A stretch of 63,981 bases of DNA, counting the filler, from Reclinomonas americana ATCC 50394 (lineage: Eukaryota), in the NCBI GenBank assembly GCA_048213135.1. It is 9 parts of 8 records of this genome, joined end to end, with 100 filler letters (N's around TTAATTAATTAA, not from the genome) between each part and the next. Parts side by side here need not be neighbours in the genome. Positions count along the whole stretch, not along the records: positions 1 to 6,009 come from PS015831.1; positions 6,110 to 16,362 come from PS015832.1; 7 more parts are not named here. The stretch is one strand, 5' to 3'. The position numbers and the translations under genes are program-made. The stretch's first letter is position 1, and each line of letters opens with the position of its first letter. Under the pieces are notes generated by a model that saw nothing but the letters and a program-made list of their open reading frames with translations, did not search any database and was not told the DNA's origin. Positions 1-11,617 of the stretch are shown here, piece by piece.

Positions 1-124
1 GCGCGAGCCCCAGCGGACATACAAAAGTTGTCGCCCTCAAAGCGTTGTAGACGGAGCGAGCCGTACACTTCGCATCCATCCACGTCCGCACTGACGCTCC
101 CACTCCGTCGACCACACGATGCAG

Positions 125-430
125 CCGGATTCGTCACCTGCAGCGCACGGATCATCGATATCGATATCCGAATGCCTCGCGATCGGCAGCAGCACACCGC
201 GTGCGCGGTCAGTCAACATGGCCTGCGAAGTCGCATCTGAACTGGTGGTGATCATCGTGGCCGATGCCGACATTGGCCGATGGCATGGCGATGAGCTGCC
301 GAACGGCGCTCCGGAATGGGCCGTTCCTGTAAATGTCGAGCTTTCCACTTACGAAGAGCTGATGCGCCGAGCTGAAGAAGAAGCAAATGCCTCCTCGTGT
401 GACGAAGAAGTGTATGACGAAGACCCGTGA
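125..430 (+). CDS. 3' exon of a hypothetical protein (acidic C-terminus)
   Basis: Open frame after a ctgac...gcag acceptor, ending EEEANASSCDEEVYDEDP*. No recognisable domain. Confidence 0.35.
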   Translation, partial: PDSSPAAHGSSISISECLAIGSSTPRARSVNMACEVASELVVIIVADADIGRWHGDELPNGAPEWAVPVNVELSTYEELMRRAEEEANASSCDEEVYDEDP

Positions 431-468
431 GGTGTGATTTCAACTTGCTTCTTCACCTCGCTGATTGA

Positions 469-3359
469 TCATTGCACGGCTGACAAGACGAGCGTGTGGT
501 GGCCGAACTCGTCGCCCACGTCGAAATCGACAAAGGGTTCGCGGCACAGCGGGCACTGAGCGCCACCGGAGCGCTGTCGGCCGAGTAGAAGCTGTGCGCA
601 GCCTTGGCAGAGTAGCTGGTGACCGCATGGCTGCAGGCGTGTGTCGCGTAAACCGTCGCACATTTGGCAGGCGTGCTTGCAGGCGACGGTGGCCAGCGTG
701 CGCGACTCGGCCGCCAGCTCATCGGCCGACGGGCGGCGCTCCAATTCGTCACTCACGCAACTGCATCACCGAGCTCGTCAGCACAGCCCTCAAGACTGGT
801 GGCCAACATCAATCGTGCACTCACCGCAGTGCCAGCCTGACGATGCGAGTGCACACTGGCGACGGCCACGTACGCCCTGCCTGGCCGTCGGCCAACTCGG
901 CTGCCTTTGCTTCGAATGCATCCACCGCTGACGAATCACCAGCGCCCGCCTGATATTCGAGTCGTCCCAGAGTGGCCAGCTGTGCATGCACCTCGTCAAC
1001 CGGCAAACCCGAGTACAACTGCAGCAGGATGATGCCGAGCGAGAAAATGTCAGCACTCGGTCGCAGCTTGCCGAGAAGCGCTTGCCGATCTGCGTAGCCA
1101 GGATCGCCGGCAACCTGCACCGACATGTGCGTCTGCGTTGCTACGCGCAGTTCAGTGGTGGCATCAGTGGCACACGACGTCACAACGAAAGCGTACGTAC
1201 CCCATCAGTGCGAAACAATTGCGCGATACCCAGATCGGCCACGTGCACTTCTCCGGCGTCGTCGAAGAGAATGTTGGCGGGTTTGAGATCGCGGTGAATG
1301 ACTGTCAACACGCATCGTTATGCACCGCACGAGAAGATTCATGCTTTGCAGAAACTCACCGTTCTAAGCAGCAAAAGTCACGAGAGTGGGACTCGGGTTA
1401 GCACCACTGGTGTCTGTCTCACTGCACAAAGAAACATGAAAAACACATACCATTCTGCGCCCACTGCGTCAGCATCTCAGTGAGTGACACATTGCGCGGT
1501 GAACGCCGTACGCAACTTGTGCAAGTTGGCGACCACTTCCGCACACCGAGCGAAACAGTGCGTGCGGTCTTCGATTGCCATTGGCCGCAGATGGTGCCTC
1601 TGGTTCTCCAGCAGTCGATGTTGCAGATTGTGCTCGCTGCAGGCAAAAGTTGAGCGCACAGTGAGCGTGTTGCAGACAACAAATGTGCTGGCAACTTCAC
1701 CTCATGCGCTCGAGCACCAGGCATCGCTGACCGGCATCCGACTCTGAGAACCCAATCAATCGAACAATACCCGGCATGGCGGCCGCCTGCAAAACGTCCA
1801 ACTGGGCAGCCGTGCAGGGATCAGTCTCACACAAAGTGGCACAGGAGATCCGACAGTGACCTACCTCGCTGGTGAACGAATTGATGTGACGCGCAGCGGC
1901 ACCGTCAAACACCTTGACGGCCACCAGCTGCTTGCCGAGACTACCCGCGTACACTATGGCCTGACCTCCTCGACCGATGCGCTGTGCAAAGCCGTCCGTC
2001 ATGGCAACAATTTCGTCCCACGAAAACGGTCTCGGCACATCTTTGTTGCGGTGCCACGGATGAGCCATCTGGGGGAGGGTGCTGCGCAGCAAAAGAGGCA
2101 AATACACACCACGTCGATTTCCGTCGACGCCTCCTCTTTGTACACGGTCGAGTTCGGCAGCCAGCAACGCTGCACGCTGGCGATACTCGTCCATCTGCGC
2201 CACTTCCAAACACAACAACCGCTGCTGCTCCTGCATGTCAGCGACGACGGCGTCGCGCGCTGCCAGGTGGCCTCGCAGCTGTTCGATCTCGGCCTCGCGC
2301 TGCAGCTGATGCTCATGCCATCTCCTCATGGCCGCCTGCTGCTGCTCCTGGTACCCTCGATGCAATGCAGCGATCTCTGCGTCGTGCTGCAGCGCACGAA
2401 CTCTCACGGCAGCACGCTGCTCCTCCAGCTCACGCTGCAGGCGTGCCACCGCGTCTTCCAACTCGCGCACACGACTCGCCTGTCCTTTTTCCTGAGCCGG
2501 GGACACATGCATGAGGAAGACGCGACGGCTTCAACACGACGAGCAGAGTCGCCAACAATAACGAACCTGTCTCCGTGGCAGCGGCAGAGGTGGCGCCTGC
2601 GGTGCATCCCGACGTGCTATGTGGCAAGTCAGTCGCCGAGAAAAAGAGGAGGGCGGTAAAGAAAAAACTGCAGCTCACCATCATCCGCCCCCGCTTGCAG
2701 CAACACGTCAATGATTCGCCCCCCTCCCAGACTGCGAGCCAAGTGCAGTGGTGTGCTGCCGAGATCATCCCGCATGCTCAACAACTCGGGTGCGCGCGCA
2801 GCCAGCAAGTGCACAACGCCCTCGTTACCGCGATGCACGGCCCAGTGCAACGCGTTACGACCCGGCTCGTCATTCAGCTCATTCGTGACGGCGCGCACCA
2901 TTTCCACTGGACACCGTCGCTCGTCGGCCAGCAGCCACTGCACTGAGTACCATTGACCGGCGTACGCCGCACGCATCAGTGGTGTCCACCCGTAGTCGTC
3001 GGCAAGCGCCACAAGTTGCGCGCCAACACCACTGTCGGCCCACAGGTAATCCAACATAGCAATGTGCCCGCAGGCGCCTGCGTGACTATACACCGATTCA
3101 CCACTGTCGGACATGCCACGTCTGCTCAGCAGCACCTCGGCACCCTGCAGATCCACCAGTTCGCGCAGAGCGCGCACATCGCCATCGGCCGCGAGATCGA
3201 TTACACTCTTGCTTCTCTCTCTCGGATTCTGCTGTTGGTGCTGCTGCGGCAGTCGCCGTCTCCGACGACGATTTTCACTATGTGTGTGTGAAAAGTGACA
3301 CAAGTGAGTCGCGCATGCACGAGAGCGTGGATGAAAAGGAGAGCGCGAGGGCACCTCAT
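469..3359 (-). CDS. Ankyrin-repeat / coiled-coil / IRAK-Pelle(RLK)-like protein kinase / C3HC4 RING protein (multi-exon)
   Basis: ANK exon 2679-3277 (GWTPLMRAA, GRNALHWAV, GSTPLHLA). Coiled coil ~2150-2490. Kinase motifs PFSWDEIVAMTDGF-IGRGGQAIVY, VAVK, IHRDLKPANILL, VADLG, GDPGY, DIFSLGIILLQL, RRPS. C-terminal CQMC...PCGHQLLCQGCA...CPLCR RING. GT-AG introns restore the frame throughout. The start is inferred from a 5-nt ATGAG first exon. Confidence 0.88.
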
Positions 3360-3890
3360 GATTGCTTGCTTGCGGAAAAATATCAATCATGGGAGGACAT
3401 GACGACGTGTGACCAACCCTCGAAGCTTCTATCTCTCCCTCTCTGCTGCGACGTGACCAAGCATGTTGCCTTTTTCNNNNNNNNNNNNNNNNNNNNNNNN
3501 NNNNNNNNNNNNNNNNNNNNNNNNNNNNNNNNNNNNNNNNNNNNNNNNNNNNNNNNNNNNNNNNNTGATCCGGAGTGACAGATTTCAGAGTGTGTTGAAT
3601 TGTGACTTTTTGGCTCGGGGACGCAAGGTGCGCGGGGCAAGGTGGTTCTTTTGACGGAGATGAGAGGAACGCAAGACTGGAGGGAGGAGGGCCGGAGCTA
3701 ATAGGCGACATTTGTATTCGTTTTATAATATTAGCGGCCAGTTTTCTTTTCGAACACACGCTTTTACAAGTGCAATCATTAAACGAAGATAGCAAAGGAT
3801 TGCACATGGTACTGTTCATTCCTCACAAGTGTCCCAAATAATATGCTGAAGGTGCATCCAACTCGCGAACAAGCTGCCACCGTCAGGGTT

Positions 3891-4505
3891 TTACATTCGC
3901 TGGCCCTCCTCCTCATCATTGTTGTTCTCGTTCAGCTCGGCGACGACGGCGACCAGCGCTTCCGCGGCTTGCCGGTGTCCATCTGCCCGCGCCAAGGCCT
4001 CTGCTGTGCGACCAGTTGCATCGCGCATCCACAGCAGATCTGGACACGCGACGGCAATCAATCGAGCAATGCCAGCGTGGCCACGCATCGCGGCACAGTG
4101 CAGAGCGGTGACCTGCGGTGGATTGGAGCCTTCCCGCGACACCGAGCGCACCACCTCCGGCGGACACCTCCGCTCATCGGCCAAGAGCCACTCCACCACG
4201 GCCTCCTGGCCTTCCCACGCCGCACCTGTCAGCGGCGTCCATCCCTCGACGGAGATCTGGGCCGCCAGCCGCTCGCCGACATCGAGTGCCCACAGATACT
4301 CCAAGACTGCGAGATGACCCTCACGGGCGGCGTGGTAGTATGCCGACAGCCCCCAATAGTCGTCCATGTGCTCTGGGAGCAGCAGCGCGTTGGCTCCGAC
4401 ATCGGCCACCAGATGATCCAGGGCTTGTAGGTCACCACGCTGTGCCAGTCGCCAGGCGCGTGGGCGCTGTTGTTGCTGCTGTTGCTGCTGCTGCAGTTGA
4501 GCCAT
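3891..4505 (-). CDS. Ankyrin-repeat-only protein, paralogue of the neighbouring kinase ANK module
   Basis: Single 204-aa ORF with SAYYHAAREGH, GWTPLTGAA, VTALHCAA and the family signature WLLADERRCP. Poly-Q N-terminus. Confidence 0.85.
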   Translation of the reverse strand: MAQLQQQQQQQQQRPRAWRLAQRGDLQALDHLVADVGANALLLPEHMDDYWGLSAYYHAAREGHLAVLEYLWALDVGERLAAQISVEGWTPLTGAAWEGQEAVVEWLLADERRCPPEVVRSVSREGSNPPQVTALHCAAMRGHAGIARLIAVACPDLLWMRDATGRTAEALARADGHRQAAEALVAVVAELNENNNDEEEGQRM

Positions 4506-5426
4506 GTGTGCCTGCTGGGACGCACGGCGTGAGGAGCAGATGCAGGCGTGTCGTTTTGGAATAAATATCGATCATGATCAAGAATGCGCGCATGCAGGAG
4601 AAGGGGAGTGAAGAGGGGCGAGCGACGTGAGACATGCGGTCGTGAACAGCTCGATGTGCACCCCGGTGTGTGTGTGCGCGTGCGTGTGCGTGTGGGAAGA
4701 ATGAGACACACATGCAACGAAGCGAACAGAACACACCAAATTCGACGAATGCGTTTGAGAGGGTATCTGGAGCAGCGCGTGGTTGAGTGAGTGCGTGTGT
4801 GCGCTCACCTTGAATACGCGTAATCGTTGTCGTCCTCCTCACGTGATCACGCTGTCCGCCAAACAACGTCCTGTTCTGTCGATATCCGTCCATGCATGCG
4901 CATCGACGTCGCTGTGCTGTCCGTACGCGAAGTTATGAGTTGCAACCACCCCTGCGTCGTTCGTTTCCCGAGTTGCTGTGTCCAAGCTGCACATGCACCT
5001 GCTGTGTTGTCGCCGCATCACAGGTATCGCTGCGCTGCGGTATTTCCGAGTTGCAAGACAAGTGAAATCGAACTGGCGCTGCACTCACACCTTCTAGTAA
5101 CCTGCTGCCGACCAGTCCGCAATGCCATATGCCTCGCACAAATGCAAGCATCGCTCTCCGCTGCGCTGCTTGAGATGCACCAGCGTTCCAGCCAAATTGA
5201 ATTCGAATTCCCGGCGTCGAATTCCGTTTCCGCAACTCTCCGCCTTCTGCCCTCCTCCGCACTTGCCCGCCGAGAATGCCCAATCGAAAAGTGCACTATG
5301 ATAGCCTCACAGAAACGACACGCTTCAAGCGGCACGGCATTCTCGATATTGCGCGGCGGCGTCCCAACGGTCGAATGCATTGTCCCCGCCCCCTCTCTCG
5401 TCCTCCCTCGTCGTCACGAAGCCATC

Positions 5427-6009
5427 ATGGACAGCCCCGTGCGCCAACGCTTCACGCAGATTCTGGAGACTGCCGATCTCTCCACTCTCAGCCTCCGCCA
5501 GGTTTGCGCACTCTTCGCCGCCCACCACTCTTCACCCCCACTCTACACCTTTTCTTATCCATGTCCACAGGTGCGAGAGCAACTGGAGACCGAGTTCGGG
5601 CGGAGTCTGGCCGACCACCGCGACGAGTTCAAGTCGATGGCGATGGCGTTTGTGGAGCGCGCAGAGAGTGCGGCGCAAGAGGAGAAGCCCAAGGCGATGA
5701 AGGCCGCCGCCGAGGAGAAGCAGAAGCAGAGCAATGGGAACGGGAAAGGCAAGGGCGACGACGCGAAAGCCGATGATGCTAATGATGATGATGATGATGA
5801 TGACGACGACGACGATGAGGAGGAAGAAGAGGAGCTACCACGGAGACGAGTTGTGTGACACTATTCGCAGTGGAGATCGCTGATGTCACTCACTGTGTTC
5901 GCGATCACAGGGTGCCTCGACATCGATGCGTGGATCTGCGTCGGCCAGAGGCGGAAAGAAGGGCTCCGCGGCAGCTCCATCGCCCCACGATCGTGTGGTT
6001 GTGTCGCCC
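5427..6009 (+). CDS. DEK_C-domain chromatin protein, 5' part (possibly UAF30/SWIB-type); truncated by gap
   Basis: MDSPVRQRFTQILETADLSTLSLRQ|VREQLETEFGRSLADHRDEFK with intron 5502-5570, followed by K-rich and acidic low-complexity tracts. Confidence 0.72.
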
Positions 6010-6053
6010 NNNNNNNNNNNNNNNNNNNNNNNNNNNNNNNNNNNNNNNNNNNN

Positions 6054-6065
6054 TTAATTAATTAA
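6054..6065. other. Artificial contig linker TTAATTAATTAA flanked by N runs (also at 16407, 25779, 36646, 40938, 49084, 51335, 62826)
   Basis: Identical palindromic 12-mer with stops in all six frames, always centred in N padding. Confidence 0.95.
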
Positions 6066-6114
6066 NNNNNNNNNNNNNNNNNNNNNNNNNNNNNNNNNNN
6101 NNNNNNNNNTCCCA

Positions 6115-6497
6115 TCAGATTTCTGCCACTCGTCGACACGCAACTCGCAGTGGCGTTGCCTCGGTGCCCTCGGCCAGACCGAGTGTGAGCGCCGCCTTGA
6201 TCGAATCAATACCCTCGGGTGTGTAGCATGTCACTTCAATATCGGCACGGATGCGTACTGGCTGCGGCTTGAGTCGGAGCTCCACGTTGCGGATGAGCTC
6301 GGTTCTCACTTGCGGATCGAGGTTGAATTCACCGAGAACCTCGTCGGGGGAGCTGACAAGTGAAGCGTGAGTAGTCATGACAAGAAATGACTGACTGCCA
6401 CTCCCCCCAACTCAACTTGACGACCTTCTTCAGGCCCTCGAATGCATGACCGTACTTGCGGTATAGTGGCCAGCCCAGCTTCTCGTATAGCTCCTCT

Positions 6498-6530
<33 letters not shown>

Positions 6531-7331
6531 CGTCATGAGTCTCCCTCTCCTTCTCCAACGCAGATGGGGAGAAAGACGCAACGGAGCGAGAGTGAACACT
6601 GCATGGCGACATGCCGCAGGATCGAGTGCACCGTTTTGGACTTGGTGTACTTCTCCTCACACGCCGCCGCATCCTCCGTGCTGACCTTCTTCTTGGACAA
6701 GTCAATGTAGCCCTGCGTTTCGTCCACACGCAGCACTTGCACGACCTCCAACTGCGCATCACCACAGGATGAGGATTGCAGATCCTCACATGCGCACGAC
6801 GCCACACACGACACACATGCCTTGCCGACGCGAATAAACTGTGAAATGGAGCGAATGCGCTTCCGGCTGAGCTCTGTGAACAGGATCATACCCTCCAAGT
6901 TGTCGTACTGCAAGTGTGTGAGATCCTCTCTCTCTCTCTCATTCAAGATTGATGATGACCAAAGTAGTCACACCTCCAAGAGCGACACATAGGCGGCGAC
7001 ATCGGCGAGGTTGTTGACGCGCACCATGACCAAGTCGTCCACCTGCGGATACCTGTGCTCATAGAACCTGCGGGGCGGAAGGAGCAAAGAAGAGTGCGTG
7101 TGAATGTCAGCTCATGTCCACTCCGCACGCTCACACACGAGAGCCACCTCCCGCATGCGTGTGCACACATAGAACGAGAAACAGACACACGCGCGTCACT
7201 CTCCACACAAGCAGCGACAACAGATGTGGACAAGCACACGAGTGGCACACACACAGACAACACTCACGCAGACAGCAGTAGATGCCTGCTCACCTGCAGG
7301 TTCCGGGATCGTGAAGTCGTTCAAACGCCAT
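6115..7331 (-). CDS. EIF2S1: Eukaryotic translation initiation factor 2 alpha (3' end lost in gap)
   Basis: Spliced: [30 protein letters not shown]...[21 protein letters not shown]...[18 protein letters not shown]...[13 protein letters not shown]...[22 protein letters not shown]. Confidence 0.96.
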
Positions 7332-7411
7332 TCTCTGTCTTGTCTTTGCGCTCGATCAAAGTGCCTTTGTGTGTGTGTGTATGTGGGTGAGAGTCTCCGC
7401 CGCCCGACGGA

Positions 7412-8441
7412 ATGGACGACGGAATGCACGACGGAAACCCCAGCCTCATGGCGTCGGAGACACCGCCATTAGCCAATGGCAGCCGAGGCGGTGCAGGCTC
7501 ATCCTCCGCCGCCGCTGGTGACTCCGATGCTCCATCCTCCTGGACAGCTCTGCTTGCCGGAGTCGAGATTGGAGACGCGGTCGACGTTGCGGTGGTCGCT
7601 GGGAGCACGCTCACTGGTCGTGTGTTTGCCGCCTCGGCCGACCGCGGCCTGTTGATTCTTCGTTGCGTGTGTGAGGCAGGGAGAGAGAGAGAGCGGCGAG
7701 CGCGCAACATGGGCATGACATCTCCTTGCGCACACACTCACACTCACACACGCACGTGTGCAGATGAGACAACAACGCAACCGGTCAAGTCGTCCGTGAC
7801 CATTGTGTCGCTGGAGAACGTCACCAGTGTCGTGGTCAAGGAGAAAGGCAGTGACCACTATTGCACAGTTTCGCGCCACTCAGCAGCAGCCAGCCACTCA
7901 CACTTCACTCAATCACTCATCATCTCTTCCCCCCGCGTTAGTCGAGTGGTCTTCCACGGTTGTTTACAAGTGCCGACGCACAAGCGCTGCCGCCAGTGGA
8001 CCAGGAGGCGATTCACCGACGACTGCGCGGTGAGATGGAGAAGCAGAGGCAGCGAATTGGTGCCGGTGTCAGTGCACGTGCGCAAGACGTCTTTGACTTG
8101 TTCATTGGTCAAGGGTACGTTGTAGCTGTGGAGAAGAAGGCCAAGGCTTGGAGTGAGCAGAAGTCTCACTCTCGCTTTCGCCAGATGGAAGTGCCAGTGG
8201 ACGCCGCAGAATGATATTATCCTGTTTGAAGAGCTGGTGGTTCGCGGCCCCAATTACGGTGTGGCGGATATTGAGGGCGGCGACGATCGGTTCCAAGCGC
8301 GTGTGCGCATAGTCGTTGCGTCTCCTTTTTGCTGCGCAGGAGGGGGGAGGATAATCCACTTGTCTGCTCGTTGATTTTGGATGCTGACACCTCTTGTTGT
8401 TGTTGTTGTTTTTGTTGCAGATGGGTGAAAAGAGGAAGTGA
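7412..8441 (+). CDS. LSM12: LSM12-like protein (LSm domain + AD domain)
   Basis: IGDAVDV...LTGRVFAASADRGLLIL; LPPVDQEAIHRRLR...RIGAGVSARAQDVFD; CQW...IILFEELVVRGPNYGVADIEG. Four introns. The start may be 7412 or 7448. Confidence 0.82.
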
Positions 8442-8865
8442 AACAAACGACGTGTGTGTGTGTTCATTGTCGTACTCCGTCTGCATGATCTGGCGGTGTG
8501 GTGCATGCAAGAAGCTGCAGCATTGGGTTCGGTGATTGCATTGGAATTGGCAAGGATGCATGCATGCGCAGGTCGTACACAGGCTGGACTCGGCCTTCTC
8601 CTATTACTACTATGTGCTCTGTGTGGCGTCAGCGAGCGTAAGCACCTGTCATCCCACTTATGCACCAATTGGTGACAACTTGTCCATTTCATGCATTGAG
8701 GATGCAACTTCCAACTGCGCTTTTCGTGCCTTCTGTCGCGTACAGAGCGTTGGCGCTACGCACATCAGCGCAAGGCAACCACGCAGCGCAACCATCTACT
8801 TCAGCAATCGCGAATTCCACGGCCCACCCGACGAACCGAGCCGACCGTTTTGATCATTGTAAAGA

Positions 8866-9922
8866 ATGCTGAGCGTGAACAGTGAAGTGCAGTACCTCGC
8901 GTCGACAGGCTCTACGCTGTCGCCCGCAGAGCGCGCCAACTTGACCGTGTCTCTCCCGCTTCTGCGCACACAAACGCAAACATCGCATGTGTGGTTGTGG
9001 GGTCGCCTGCAGGGCGTGCGTGGCGACTACCTCGTGGCGCAGGCGTTGCCGCAACAGACGACAGTGGAGCTCGCACGGCACACGTTTATCAGGTGCACAC
9101 TCACTCACATGCTTCCTCTGCCTTGCCTTCCTTCCATCAACTGACCTCAAATTTGCGTGCGTGTCGGCAGCACGGACGGCGGTGTGCAGTGGGAGCTCGT
9201 GCCACCACTCTCCGACATGGAGCGACACTACTGCAGCACGCTGTCGGGTCTGTTCACGGGCGAGAAGGACTTCAAGTACGCGGTGAAGAAGAACCCTGCA
9301 GTGGAGCCGGCCGAGGCGGCGCCAGCAGCAGCAGCGGCCGCCGCGCCTGCGGGCGAGGACGGAGACGAGGGTGGTGAGGGCGGCGACAATGCTGGTGGCA
9401 AGCCGTCGCGCTTGCGTCACATTCCTGAGTCGGTGCGCGTGGCGTACATTGTCGAGGCCATTAATCACGACACGGCGGTGGTGCCGCGCGGTGCGTTTGC
9501 GCTCAACTCGCAGGAGGAGGTGGAGAGCAACCCGGCCTATGCGGGTCTGCCGCGCGCCGAGGCCGGCAAGCTGCGCAACTATGTGCACTTCCGGAAGGCC
9601 GAGTCGTTGGCACGCAAGTCGCTGCTGGAGCGGGAGCACTTGTCGGCGAGTCTCGACTTTGCCGATCCTCTCACCGACGACATTCCCAGGGGTGCGTGCG
9701 CACCCACCCACCCACCGCGTCTCACTCTGTTATTTTGCTCACACTCTTTTGTCCACTGCAGGGTGCTGGTCGATGCAGTACGACTCGATCGGAAACTTTG
9801 TGCTGGGACGCAGCCTGATCTGGCCGGGCTACAGCTTTTATCTGGTGCCCGACTCGCACGTGTGGGGCAGCTGCTACATTGGCAACGGCCAGAAGAATGT
9901 CGACCTGGGTTTCATGTTGTGA
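8866..9922 (+). CDS. RSPH9: Radial spoke head protein 9 (motile axoneme)
   Basis: VWLWGRLQGVRGDYLVAQ, INHDTAVVPRGA, NPAYAGL, LDFADPLTDDIPRG|CWS...LGRSLIWPG...YIGNGQKNVDLGFML*. Two introns. Confidence 0.95.
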
Positions 9923-10116
9923 GCACTTGCAGTGAGAGATGAAGGAAAGGAGGGAGCAGTGTGTTTGGTGTAAAAACAACACAACGAGTGTACACAACAA
10001 CAAAAGCTATGACTATGCAGGGGAAGGAAGGACAGGAGCAGTGTGTTTGGAACCCTAGAGAGAGTACACAACAAAACTTTGACTGTACATTACTTTTCTC
10101 GCCCTCCTGCTGAGCG

Positions 10117-10569
10117 TCAGCACGCTGCGCTCTGCAAGAACGCCGACCAGTCGACTGGTGGCGCGCGTCGCGGCCTGGGAGCGCGCGGAATCGTCGGTGT
10201 GCTCGGTGGCGCACTCGGCCTCACAATCACAATCTCAAACATCTCCTCGTCGTCGTCGTCGCCGCCCGTCACCACACAATCGTCGTCGTCATCATCGTCG
10301 TCCTCTTCTTCCTCGACCACATACGCCGGCTGCGGTCTCCGGTGCCCGTAGCTGTAGCCGTCGGCGTTGTCGAGGTCGGGCTCGACCTCCGACTGGCACA
10401 CGGAATCTTCCGCCTCCACGTCGTCGGTGGCGTCATCATCGTCGGCCAGCCACAGCCTGCTGTGCCTGCACTGCGAAAAGAGAATCGGCGGGGCACGCGG
10501 CCGCTGCGGCGGCGACGGCGTCGACTCGTATCGCAGCGTCACCAGCACCGCCGGCGACATGGGCGCATG
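10117..10569 (-). CDS. Hypothetical acidic/Pro-rich protein
   Basis: GC-rich open frame with poly-D/E tracts and VDWSAFL near the end. No domain recognised; the 5' side is next to a gap. Confidence 0.4.
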   Translation of the reverse strand, partial: HAPMSPAVLVTLRYESTPSPPQRPRAPPILFSQCRHSRLWLADDDDATDDVEAEDSVCQSEVEPDLDNADGYSYGHRRPQPAYVVEEEEDDDDDDDDCVVTGGDDDDEEMFEIVIVRPSAPPSTPTIPRAPRPRRAPPVDWSAFLQSAAC

Positions 10570-10974
10570 ATCAGCAGCGGCCGAGGCAGTAAAGGCCACA
10601 GNNNNNNNNNNNNNNNNNNNNNNNNNNNNNNNNNNNNNNNNNNNNNNNNNNNNNNNNNNNNNNNNNNNNNNNNNNNNNNNNNNNNNNNNNNNNNNNNNNN
10701 NNNNNNNNNNNNNNNNNNNNNNNNNNNNNNNNNNNNNNNNNNNNNNNNNNNNNNNNNNNNNNNNNNNNNNNNNNNNNNNNNNNNNNNNNNNNNNNNNNNN
10801 NNNNNNNNNNNNNNNNNNNNNNNNNNNNNNNNNNNNNNNNNNNNNNNNNNNNNNNNNNNNNNNNNNGCGATCCACTGCAATCGACCTGCCGAACCGTTAC
10901 AGTTTATTCGCTTTGACTTGTCTCTGTGAGCACCTACAACCCCCTTTTTTCTTCTTCAAACCTTCAAAACAAAC

Positions 10975-11617
10975 ATGGACCACTGGAAGGAGACGCCCTC
11001 TGTCCGCGTGAACGCCGCTGGTAAGTCACACAAAAAGCACACACACGCTCCCTCTGCAATGTCCGATTGTGACAACTGACTCCTTCTCCTCCCCGCGCTC
11101 TTCCCCCCACTCTCCTTTCCTCTCCTCCTTGTTATGTGTGTCTTCCTCTCTCTTCATTGGTAGGCGGCACAGGCGGCCGCTCGCAACTCGGCGACATTCT
11201 GGGCGGAGGCCCCGATGCCGTGGATGATCGCTTTGCGGGCTACCGCCGAGCTCCGCCCGCTGCCTCCCAGGCGGCCGCAGCCCCCGCTGCCCCGGCCCCC
11301 GCCAAGCAGTCGGCAAACGCACCCTCTGCTCAGGCGGTGAGTTGCCGTTGTCCATGTTGATGTTGCACCATTCTTTTTTTCCCGTTACGATGATCAGTCG
11401 CTCAACACCCGTTACTCTTTTTCTTTTGCAGGAGTCTCGCATGAGCAACGTCGCACCCGTGTACTCGAGTGAGGGCAGTGGCTCCACTGTGCGTGGCACA
11501 AGTACTCGAGTCGCCCAGCCGCCGGGTGCGTTCCCTCCCATTTTTCATGTCCTATTCTTGCATGCACACTCATGACTTGGTGTTGCAGGTGGCCGCTCGT
11601 CTGGCCCGTTGTGGTAA
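10975..11617 (+). CDS. SPIRAL1/Jupiter(HN1)-like small microtubule-associated protein, 113 aa, 4 exons
   Basis: Exons 10975-11020, 11164-11336, 11432-11525 and 11589-11617 splice in frame (342 nt). Terminal motifs PSVRVNAAGGTGGRSQLGDILGG and TSTRVAQPPGGRSS. Confidence 0.7.
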
